Assembly: GCA_037379345.1 (NCBI GenBank)
Contig: CM074518.1
Span: 42,125,586 to 42,189,585, forward strand
Source of the DNA: Perna viridis
Taxonomy: Eukaryota
Length of the DNA: 64,000 nt
Direction of reading: 5' to 3'
Under the pieces are notes generated by a model that was given only the letters and a program-made list of their open reading frames with translations, had not been told where the DNA came from and searched no databases. Shown here piece by piece: positions 13,697-27,010 of this stretch (the stretch's first letter is position 1; each line of letters opens with the position of its first letter). Position numbers and translations under genes: made by a program.

Positions 13697-15782
13697 CTTT
13701 AGAATAAGAAGATTAGGGACTTATTTGTTCAGTAAACAAGAAAATAATGATTTGGACAAAATGTCCATTGGACAATGGCAACAATCCAAACAAAAGACAC
13801 AGGTTTTATTTCAGCAAAAGCTGAATCATCCCTTTACTTAAGAAATAAATCATGGAAATTCAATGGCCAGCCAGTGGTAAAACAATGCTAAAATGGAATT
13901 TCCATGATTTATTTCCATTCTAATAGGACTAGTTTTGTCACATTTTTTAATAGATGCCACCTATAAGTTGCAAGAAATGTTGGTTATGTGTTTATCACTT
14001 TGTTACCATGATTGTGGTCTTAAGAGTTTTGAAGCAAGTCATATTAGTACCGTGAATAAACTGACAAACAACAGTAAACAATAACAGGGTTACCAAACTT
14101 AGATCTTTCATATTAGACATTTTATTAATGTCTTTTCCATGCCGAAAAAAACCCACAAAACATTTGAGATAACTATCTTTAAACCAAGCAAGCAAGGAGC
14201 ATCCATAAATTAGAAAATTGTCATACCAATAAGACAACAAACGCCCAAATAGTTAACGATATGAATCATAATAAATTTCAGTCTTGTTTTTAACATACAT
14301 AATCCATCAACCTCCAACAATAATTCAATTTTATACTTTGTAAATAATGCATAAAGTTGTACAACTATTACATATATGTAGTATGTAGTACACAGTACAT
14401 ACGGTGGAAAACAGAATTAGTGAGATGCTCAATTAGATAAATTGATGTATAAATTAACACTACATTTCCTACAATTGTGTACAATGGTACTGTGTTGATC
14501 TATAAATTGTTTGCTCTTGCAGTGGATGGGACAATTAATAGACTTATTTCTCCAAAAATTAGTAATTTTACCACATACTTGTTTTTAAATATTCATTATT
14601 CATTCTTTATTTGCAATTTATTTCTTTTAAGACTAATTTTTTTTCAGCTTAAAATGAAGACCTGTAGTTAACCTCTGATTAATGGATACAAATTCATGAA
14701 CAAGACCGATGTTAGCGATAGAAGGTAGCCACGTAGCCAAATGCTAATTGAGATTGAACGCAGCTAATTAAATTTTGAGGATCGCCTATTAAAAAACAAT
14801 GGACATTAGCCACAACAATGTCTATGCCTTTATTTATGTCGTAGTGCGGCTAATGCAATTTTTGTACTACCATTAACACATTAACCAAATATCAAAAACG
14901 ACTTTCATACAAAAATTGTGGCATAATCCACACTGATTGTAAAAAATTAAATTTGTGCAAAGTCCAATATCAAAAAGGGGTTCTGAGTTTTCTCATGTGA
15001 GGCTTATATACAAAAAATTGACATGATCTATAACAGATTGTAAATTATAGCAACTTTCAAGTATTTACCCACAAGCGATAAAGTACATTAAAGAAAAAAT
15101 AATAAAATTGTCAAGGTTACATGATTTGAAGTACATTTTCCTATCTAACAATGATTGGCCAAACTAAAAAGGATACTTTAAAGTATCTATATGCCTTTAT
15201 TAATAAAATTTCAGAGTTGCAAAATTTCCTGAATACTTCATACTTGAAAAATCTCATAGATCTTTTGAAAAAATGATGACATTGAATTACCTCCCTTTTA
15301 ACATAATAAGTTCAAACCCTCTTTGATCTGTAATTAACAACTAAAGTCAACAACTTTGTTTTTTATAACACAGGGTGTGTTAGTCTCGTCATGTGACTCA
15401 GCGGTTTAATGAGAATGGATCCTTGTACACCATTCAAATGCATGGAGATTTGTTATTTACTAATTTACATAGTGTTGAGATCAATATTTAAAGCAAAACA
15501 TCTTTTCTTGTAAAAATAATCATAAAAAATGACAAATATCTAGTTCTACAAGATATAAATTTTAATAAAAGCATAAAATATAGATTTTACATTGAAATAC
15601 AACATTTTGAGATCCAAGAAGTAAACAGTAAAACGCAGATCAATTTTCAAATTTCAATACGTTCTTCTTTAGGAAATTCCAGAAAAGAAAATGAAACTAG
15701 AACAAGACTTACAAATCCTATTGCTAGCTGAAAGTTGTCATGGGTTACTCCCTGTTACATTTGTTAGGACACAAGTACTTAC

Positions 15783-15875
15783 TGTCTGTGGGACTGGTGT
15801 TTGTGTGGCAATTTCTCGCTTTTGAGAGAGTCTATCCAACTCATCATTCCTCACTTCGGTATTCTGTTTCAGGGT
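15783..15875 (-). CDS. ARHGAP39: ARHGAP39 exon (93 nt, phase 0 to 0)
   Basis: ttgatttcag|ACC CTG AAA CAG AAT ACC GAA...CAG ACA|gtaagt; TLKQNTEVRNDELDRLSQKREIATQTPVPQT; LQ-TLKQNTE follows WW2 in ARHGAP39 proteins. Confidence 0.9.
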
Positions 15876-17202
15876 CTGAAATCAAAAAAAGATTTTATTG
15901 CATTGCATACTGGTATAAAAACTTTAATTTAACAGGGTTTGCTATATTGATCAAATATTCTCATCCTGAAATGCATGAAACATCTGCCAATCAATCAATC
16001 AATCTTAAAATAGAAAAATGAGAAGCACTTTACTTTTGGACAATTTATCAAAAGGTATGTATAGGTTACTCAGAAGTACTAGAAAAGCTTTTTAAATAAA
16101 TACACATACAATTTTAATCTTCCCCATAAAAAATGCAAATACACTTATAAATTTTTGCCCACCCCCCAAAAAAAAGTTTTAAAAAAGAGTAAAAAGAAAC
16201 AACTTCAATTTGTTTAAATATATGATTTACTTTATGAGTTTTCAGCTAAAAAAATATTCATTTTATCCAATATTTTGTCAAATTCATATTAAATCTAAAT
16301 ATATGCACATTGCCAAAATCCATAAGTTTTAACAGGAAGTATTCCTTTCATAGCCAAATTACTAAATAAACTTAGCTTTTCTGCAAAAAAGGCTAAATCT
16401 GTACATAAATAAAATGTAATAAGATATTTACAAAAACGTAACAGCAACACAAAGCTGGACTCATCTTATTCCATAACAGAAACCTAATCCTCTTCCTTTT
16501 ATGTGCCATTGGACAGGTGCTTATGAAACTTGTCACTGCTTTATCTCTCACAAATGATATAATTTTCTAAATCATTTCAGATCAAGTATGCATTTATTGC
16601 CGATATTAAAATTATGAGGTACAGCAAACATTTTGGTAGCTAGGGGACAAAGATTTAAAGTTGATTGTTAAAAATTCAAATTGTCTCATTGATAATGAAA
16701 TGTGAGTCCCATTTTTATGTTAAAATAACCTTCTACAAAATCAAATAATTATTTCAATTTTCTGATAAATCTAAAGTATAAACAGTCAAGATCTGAATAG
16801 ACTTCCTGTCCTCGTACCCCACTTAAATTTCCGTATTATCATTTGCAAAAAGATTACATAAAGGTAATCGTGTATGTATTTGTCAACAAACTGGAAATGC
16901 TAAGGTAAAATGCAAACAAAAATCGTTGAAGTACAAAAATCACCATAACCTGAGTGATGACTCACAATGAATCTAATGACCTATTTATTGATTTTATCTG
17001 ACATAATTAATAGGTTTTTGTCTCCATTTCCTGTTTTAAAAGGGCAACCTGTGCCAATAATCTCAAAAAAACATCAATTATAAATGAAATCACAGATTTG
17101 TAGTCAAAGGGGAGTAACTCAATCATGCATATCATTACAAAAACTAAGAAAAATCTGGATGAGTAATTTCAACTTTTCTTTATAACAAGCTTCATCTTTC
17201 AT

Positions 17203-17359
17203 GAGGGTGCTGGGCTAGATATTTCACCTTTAACAATCTCTTGAGGGTACTGGGCTAGATATTTCACCTTTAACAATCTCTTGAGAGTGCTGGGCTAGAT
17301 ATTTCACCTTTAACAATCTCTTGATGGTGCTGGGCTATATAGTTCACCTTTAGCAATCT
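17203..17359. repeat. 40-bp minisatellite, 4 copies
   Basis: gggtgctgggctagatatttcacctttaacaatctcttga. Confidence 0.9.
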
Positions 17360-17859
17360 ACATGTACTGGTAATCTGCAAATAACTTTTTCTTGCAATTC
17401 GAATTTTTTTGTATACAAAAAAAAAATGTGTTTTAAGAATAATACACATCCTGTAGGAGTTTTAATTATGCAGCAATTACTTTGGTTACTTTTTTCCCTT
17501 CAATATCTTAACCCTTAGCCACAACAGCACAACTGTCCCCTAAATGTTATTTTTACTACATTTTTTAACACATTTTCATAATTTTAAAAAAGGTCAAGAT
17601 TCATATAAAAAAAAGTAACCTCACTGGATCATTTATCTTTTTTATATTTTTTTAGCAATTTTCTATACCCCTTTGGTTTTCAATGCATGTAAGAAGGCTA
17701 GAGATAGCAATCTTACCATCTCTTAGATTTGCTTTCCATGGCAAAATGGAAATCTTCCATGGATTTCCATAGAATGTTATCATCTGAGAATCAGTATGAT
17801 ATACACAAACAAGCCACCATAATACAACATTTGGTAGGCCTATGTCTGTCAGAAGAATA

Positions 17860-17893
<34 letters not shown>

Positions 17894-18577
17894 TTCTCCA
17901 TTTATTGACCCCCTGTAACTTTCACTGAAAGTAAGTCTATGTCTGAGGTATGATATAACATATATTTGAAGTGGGACGGTGGTGTTTCATTACAAGGTTG
18001 TGAAATGAATCTAGTGTGGCAGAGAACAAAATTGTAGATCTACTGCTGCCATTGGCTAGCCTATTTGTATGTGGGAAAGAAGTAGAGTGAGTAAATCTTA
18101 CCTTGCCAGGACAAAGCCTCTGCACTACCAAGACTTAATCCCTTCCCTGTGGCAATGCCTTTCAACTGGGATCTAGTATCTAAGGTTGAATTGATTGGGA
18201 TCTTGGACACAACCCTGACTTCACCTGGGATCTCATGCTTAATTGATGGGGATGGAGAAAACCATGATACTAAATGAAGTCTAGGACAGGTAAAGTCTAT
18301 CCTGTCCTTCAAGGTAAGGTCTAACAAACACAAACCCTAAGTGCTGAAGTCAGAGGTGATTGGGCCTTCAATGGCACACTTAACAGACCACAACACACAT
18401 ATTTACAGCCTTAATGATACTTGGAATATGGCCCATGCCCTGTGGACACCCACCAGGAAGGTGCATTGTAGGGCTACCTACTGTGAAGGAGCCTAACTGA
18501 TGCTGGACACTAGATACCTTACAGAAGACCAACAGAGGAAGCAGAAATCCAATTGGAAGGTCAACAACAAGAAGGCA

Positions 18578-20093
<1,516 letters not shown>

Positions 20094-22636
20094 TTAAGAG
20101 TTGGGGTATCACGCTTTCAAAACCCAAATGCAGGTAATTAGCAAAGTTTTGGAATAATGCTTGAAAGTGGAACCAAATCAGCTTCAAAATGCTTGAGTCT
20201 CACACAAATTCTGTGAGGTTTGGAAAGCCAATTAAGTAAAGTTAAAACCAGCCTCATTCTAATCCAACCATACCAATTTCTTTTAACTATATATGGCAGG
20301 AATTTTCAAACAAAGTTATTAATTTTTAAAACTTGATCAGAAGAAAATCGCAGGAGAGTTTTTTATTCAACAAAACCATTCATTTCTTCCCTTTCTACAT
20401 AGATGTAAGAACTTCTTAATTCAGGCTCATAAGGTTCTCATAATGCAAAAAACATTTGAATGGAATAATATAACTCAGAATTAACATTTGCCCATGATAA
20501 AAGCAGATGACTGACAACTTCCCTATAAAAACTTCATAACCTCTTAAAAAGTAATTGAATTATGCATTGGAATTACATGAAACTCACAAAAAATAATTCT
20601 ATTTAATTATTGGTTGATATTTTACAGCAAAAGTGCAATGAATGCACAATAAACAAAACATGACAAATACATCGCAATTACTATTTAATGCTTTTAACGA
20701 TTGCAAGAAGTTCAAAACTATTGCATAATTCTGTCACTTCTGCTGAGCTTCCAATTCTCTTTATTTTCCCATCTTCTACTATCACTTTTTTCCCCAAAAA
20801 CATGCAGTCATCTTCTTTGAAGATATGGAATCTAATTAGATATCAATTTCTCCCAACATACAAAACCAGACAGTATTTCCTGAGGCGTACAAGATAATAT
20901 GAAATAAACATCTGTCCCTCAATGAATAAAACAGCTGATTTTGCACCTATCATTGTTTTCACTAATGTCGATTTCATCTGCCAGTCAAAACAATGATCTG
21001 TTGGAATTTCTTTATATGTTTTTTTGGTTTGTGTTTTTGTTTCTTGTTTTTTTCTGCTTCTTGGTCATGTTTGTGTTTGTATCCACCGAGGGTGACTGAT
21101 CTGAGGTTCAACCACACTCATTCATAACCAGCTGGTTAACTCTTGTCAGACTCATTAGCTTAGAGAAATTACTCACATACAACTTGCAGGAGTGGTGAAG
21201 TGTTATTTTTATTTTAGGGAGGGATATCTTTCTTCTGAATTATCAGTATAATAAAATAATATTGCTCTATATGCATACAAGATGTGAAATAGATAAGCAA
21301 ACAAAAACAAAATCCACAGAAATTTGTATATATTTTTTCCATGTAGGCAGGTATATCAAAATCAAAGCCTATACCCAAAATATGAGAATGCATTGGTTCG
21401 AAGTATGGCAAGTAGTGCTAATAACATAAGACTGTGAAATGTATGCTGCCAAAATAGGAGACCACCTAGATTGAAAGAACAGCAAAGTAACAAATATACC
21501 AAAGTAGTATAAAGCTAGCGATCCTCAAAAACTAAAACAAGCAAGAAAATTGTGAGTCAATGCCCACCAGTGGTATCCACGCACCCCAAATTTGGTATAT
21601 GATAAATAAATATACAAACACATTGAATGAGAAATTTATGTCCCCAAAGCCTGAAATTAAATTCCTTGATATTACACATAAGTTGTGTCAGTATGGTGAC
21701 AGGCAAAAATTTATGACCGATAGACTGATAAAAACAGGTATACCCCATCCTTGGAAGGTGGATATAAAAACTCTAAGAAACTGTTTCTTTTGATTTATGA
21801 CAAGACAAACATACTTATCTAATGATCTGTCAATATCCAAGTCATTTCAGAAAAATTAATGGAAAATTGATTCAAATACAGTTTTATAGTCTTCTAAATG
21901 AGGCACTTTATATTCTGTCTACTATGAGCAAAACATCAAATAAGTCTGGCCAAGACATCCCAAAGAAATTAAATCAATTTGCAGTAATGGTCGTCAACTA
22001 TATATTAACCCAAAGCATCGGTCTATGGCCATAATGGGAGTTTAGTCTTATCATCAACAACTAGTAATCTAAGTTAGGCAGCCATGACAAAATTAATATT
22101 TATTTTCAATTGCCTAGCTATCCTTTCTATTATGAAATAAAAAAATTGTTTTTCCAGCATCAGAGTTTAAGTTCAGAACCTGCAAACACAGTTCAATAAA
22201 ATAATAACAAGGGGTACAAATGTACTTTCAAAACTGAAAGGTCCTGGACTTTTTTTGGTTTCTAAATGAGAGGTCCTCAAAAAGAATGGTAGGTCCATGA
22301 CCTACGTATATGAAAATTCAATGGTCCTGCATTAAAAATTGAAGGATCCTGGACCTCAGAACAGTGTGAATTTGAACACATGATGAATTTGATAGTTCTT
22401 CAGGTTTTTAAAGGGGATTTAGAGTAAGTGCCCATGTTACATAATTGCAATATTTATAGAAGGATGCTCTGGATAGATACAAGTACATGTACATGTAATG
22501 ATAAATACCACTTGGATGTAAAAAAAAGTACCAGTATCAGTAAATACCAGGAGTACATGTATTGGAGAAAACCATTAGAATATTCAGAAGTCCATGTACA
22601 ATGATATATACCAAAGAGATACCCAGGAGGAATTAT

Positions 22637-22856
22637 TTAAGGAGGTAGACCTAGGGTAAGGGACACAACTCTTACATATCATTGGAACATTTGTATTCAG
22701 CATTTTACACCAAACTCATTTAAGCATCAAAGTAACTTGGACTAATTTTATTCTGTTTCAAATGAAAGCTTGATAGGCTTTGGTGAAATTGAATATGATA
22801 CAAACATATCACTGATTTCAAGAGTCATGTCCCTTATCCTAGGTCTACCTCCTTAA
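22637..22856. mobile_element. MITE family C (TTAA TSD, GG...CC ends, Kolobok-like)
   Basis: ttaaggaggtagacctagggtaagggacac / tgtcccttatcctaggtctacctccttaa, ~30-bp TIR. Confidence 0.85.
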
Positions 22857-23412
22857 GTAAAATACCAGCGGAATATCTACAATAGTGTATGTTGCAAAAT
22901 AAAATGGGCATATGACATACAAGATATACAAGCAAAGAGAAACTTGAAAATTCATCATAGCCTTAAACCATATAGGAAGTTTGCAAGTGGACCTCTGTCA
23001 ATTTAAATCCTATCCTCAAAGTACATATATTGGTGGAATTGGTACTCCTGGCTTTCTTACAAGTACATGCAGTCACTAATCTACAACCTCCAACACTATT
23101 GCCAAGTACTTTAAGCAATTTTTCTCACCATTAATGCCATAATAATAAAAGATCTTTGATTCTCATAGGCAAGGCTTTAGAAAAGATGTGTATTTTATTA
23201 CCATCTAAAATACATTAACTTAATCAAAATTTACTCAAGGCATCCATTAATCTAGAAATTCATTTCCCCAAATCAAAATATTCATTATAAAATGTTATAA
23301 AGACTAACTATATCAGACAGAACAAATCATAACATTTGATTATGTTAAAAGTAGGTAGGCGTTTACCAGTGAATCAAGGGATCTCAACAATAAAAATGTT
23401 ACTTCACTATAA

Positions 23413-23660
23413 GATTGATTGATTATGGTTTAACGTCCTATGGCAGATATTCCTTGCATTTCAGTAGGAGAAAGATTGGCCAACTGAACAGACCATGCTT
23501 TGTACTAATCTGACATGCTGAGCCAGATTTTTATTGGGCTAGCTCACCGAAGCAACAGCTAGCAGGAAGGCACGCTGCCCCACAAAGACATATCATTCTG
23601 ACATGGTGCCAACCAGTTGTCCCACTATCCCTTTAAATACTGCATGCTGACTCTGGATTG
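23413..23660 (-). mobile_element. Degenerate V-type tRNA-SINE body and tail
   Basis: (GATT)n tail, then gctgagccagatttttattgggctagctcaccgaagcaacag...cattctgac, homologous to 29902-30153; family assignment from recall of molluscan V-SINEs. Confidence 0.65.
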
Positions 23661-23662
23661 AG

Positions 23663-23830
23663 ATGAGAATGCTATCCTGAGATCACCCAGGTGAGAATGC
23701 TATCCTGAGACCACTGAGGTGAGAATGCTATCCTGAGACCACCAAAGTGAGAATGCTATCCTGAGACCATCAAGGTGAGAATGCTATCCTGAGACCACCA
23801 AGGTGAGAAAGCTGACCTGAGACCATAAGG
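23663..23830. repeat. 28-bp minisatellite, ~6 copies
   Basis: Unit gtgagaatgctatcctgagaccaccaag. Confidence 0.9.
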
Positions 23831-24363
23831 GTGGTTGTGACACAGTGTAAGAAATACGTTTTCAAAAGTAGGTGGTAGGTGACGAAGGTGGAAAGTGGCA
23901 ATTATTACCTTCTGCTTTACCATATATTCAAGTATATGACGAGGGAGCAACCAACTTTTGTTGATAAGGCCATTTAACCCTGAAACTTTTAAAAGCCCTG
24001 CTTGCCTGACAAATTTGAAAATGGGCAACTAGATAACTAAAGCAACCTGCCCTTTGGAGATGTTAAAAAATGCCTATAAAAACTTTCTTTCTAAGCAGGT
24101 CAATTATGGCATGTATTGGCAAGTTGAAAAAACTTAAAACTTGTGTGCTAGGCAACCTTTAGTAAAATGTTTCTTAAACTTGGCAGTCATGGTTATTAAA
24201 AGTTATTCAAAACCATAGCAACAGACAAAAACAATTCAAAGAACATGTCAGAAGACAAATACAATGTACAGTGGAATATTCTAATTGTATGTTCTAAAAA
24301 AGGCACAAAAGAATATTCAAATTTGTTATTCACTTAATACATGTAGTATGTACCAATATCATG

Positions 24364-24573
24364 TGCTGTGAAAGTGCATTAATTCGTGGATACCAATATT
24401 CGTGGATAAGGGAAAAAACACAAGTTCATGGATTCTAGAATTCATGGTTTTGAGGTTTTCAGTATACACATCAATAGAAATCACCTATTCGATGGGAACT
24501 AAATTTCAAGGATTGGCCTTCACACGAAAACCACGAAAATTGATACCCCACGAACAATAGTACTTTCACAGTA
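24364..24573. mobile_element. MITE family A
   Basis: tgctgtgaaagtgc...agtactttcacagta; interior shared with 1564-1714. Confidence 0.8.
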
Positions 24574-24731
24574 TTTGACAAGATTTTCCTCTATAATTAG
24601 AAGTGCTCCTGAACTAGTATTGCATGAAGTTCAAAATGAACTTAGTTGAGTTTTGTTTGTCAAACATTACTTAAATTGTGTTAAATCAGAAAGACACCAT
24701 AACACACCAATTATTACAAATCAACTAACAC

Positions 24732-25483
24732 CTGGCGAATACAGCAACACTGCCTGAATTCCTGAATCCCTTTCAATCCATGAATCCATTAGTATAACAA
24801 CATCATACAGTCAGCATGATATAATAGACAATAAACTACAGTACAAAGTACTTTACTACATTCTCCTGTCAAAATACTGCAACGTACCTGTTCATATCCC
24901 ATAATGAAATGTCAAATACAAGGGAAAAAAAATTCTACCTGAACTACTATTACTGTACATGTCTACACCAAAATCAAAGATTTTAAAACTTGTTTTCACA
25001 AGTCAAAACTGCCTATCTGTAAAATGAGTATAATATAGTTGTGTGCTTCAGACAAGTTTTTCTCAAACCCCTACCCCCCTTTTTTTTAAACTTACCTCTA
25101 AAATAGAGAAGAACAAACGCTTACGAAAACGTGTATTAAAATTATACTTTCATCAGTGGTTATCAAGTTTTTATGTTTAACAAACCCTTGGTTATTTATG
25201 GATTTCAGTAAAGCTTCTAGATTTTCTAAGGAAAATTTTATTTTTACATTCAAAGGTTTGACCATACCATAAAAAAAACCCATGGAAATTGGAACCAATG
25301 AACTACAGATCTTTCTCAGTAACAGCTGGCAAATACAGCAACACTGCCAGAATTCCTGAATCCCTTTCAATCCATGAATCCATTAGTATAACAACATCAT
25401 AAAGTCAGCATGATATAATAGACAATAAACTACAGTACAAAGTGCTTTACTACATTCCCCTGTCAAAATACCGCAATGTACCT
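24732..25483. repeat. 158-bp direct duplication (24732-24889, 25326-25483)
   Basis: Ungapped match at offset 594 with few substitutions. Confidence 0.9.
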
Positions 25484-26885
25484 ATGATAAAATGTACAAC
25501 ATGATTGAGAAAAATTACCACTAGTAAACTACTAATGCACCTGATGGAATACTTGTTCTGAGAAAGGAATGAGGTAACTTCTAAGACACATAATTATAAC
25601 AAGTGTAGCTTGGTATATCACGAACTTGCCAATATAAACTACATGCAAGTTCTACCTATTTCCCACCACCCAGAGCAAGTGAAATTTCAGTGAAAGGAAG
25701 TTACACATATTTATCATCAAAGTTAGAAATAGTAGCCTGCCTGAGACTGGCTATTTTTTGGCAGGGCTGGCTAATTTTAGCAAAATTCCATATAGCCATA
25801 TAGTAAGTATATTGAAAAATTGTATTCAGGACTGGCTAGAATTTGAGTCAGTTTCCTACCCTGTTATCATGCTGCCCTTTCTATAAAGATAAATTTGACT
25901 TCAAGCTTTCTGGTTTTCCGAAAACCTAAAATTTTCAAAAATCATTGAACACTGTACTTACAATGCATTTACAATTTTCATTTTTTTAGTGTAAATATTA
26001 TGAAAGATCCAATACAAATCTCAACAAAGCTAGGATAGACCAAACATCTGTAGATGTAATAGGCTTAAGTAACCATGGTTATAAAAGGTCAACCAACTAA
26101 CCTTTCAACTTTTACCTTTAGCTTAAATTTAAGCATTCTTAATTAAAGGAGTCATAGCATAAACTTCAATCATCTCAAATTTTCAACAGTACAATACATT
26201 TGGCACTGAGAATAAAAATAGTAGATAGTGCAAAATTTACACCCCAACATTACAACATTTCATACAGAGATATAATCATGCTTCAAAGACTTGAGTAAAT
26301 AAACTATCAATATTTATCATACAATATATTGTTCCTACACAGCGTGAAACTTCATCAACTATCTATTTTATTGCATGTTAGCATAAACATATAGAGCTGT
26401 TGCTGACAATGGCCTTTTCATCATATCTAGAAGGAAAGAAAAGCCTTCTGTCATGTTCAGCATTCTCAATTTTTAAAAATTCTAATGACCTTGACACAGA
26501 CTCTCATCTTTAAGGAAATGACCTTGAACCAAGCACAGAGGGTATGCCCATATTTGGTTTTAAATATGTCTGAACTAAAAACAAGCTAAAGATCTAGAGA
26601 GGAAAAAGAGAATAACCTTTGTCCAAAAAAACAAACTGATAAAGCCAGTTTCAATTTTACATCTTATTGGACAAAATTTTCTTTTAGTATTAAAAAGCTG
26701 TTGCTACATAAGGAATGAAAAGAAATGACCTCATGTTGTTGGAATATCTGAATAAAAGACAGAAAAAATAATGAATACTTTAAAAAGAATGCAAAGTACA
26801 ATCTTTATTCTGCAACTTACACTTATTGGTATCAATTCAAACCATTGACCTTCGACAGTCATGCCTCAATGACAACAAAACTTAC

Positions 26886-27010
26886 CTGTAATAGTAATCC
26901 ACCTGGCAGCTAGCCTGACAACTTGAATATTCCACTGTTTCTGAGGTAAACATATACATGTACATTTGCTGGTTGGACATGCTTGAACGCATGACTGTTG
27001 AAGGATCCAT
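26886..27010 (-). CDS. ARHGAP39: Candidate alternative first coding exon (splices phase 2 into the WW2 exon)
   Basis: gcaATGG start, 41 open codons MDPSTVMRSSMSNQQMYMYMFTSETVEYSSCQASCQVDYYY plus AG, then a perfect CAG|GTAAGT donor. Confidence 0.5.

Noticed and set aside
15708-15782. Longer exon ending at the GTAAGT donor near 15712
   Set aside because: An in-frame TGA precedes it; the 15782 donor keeps frame.
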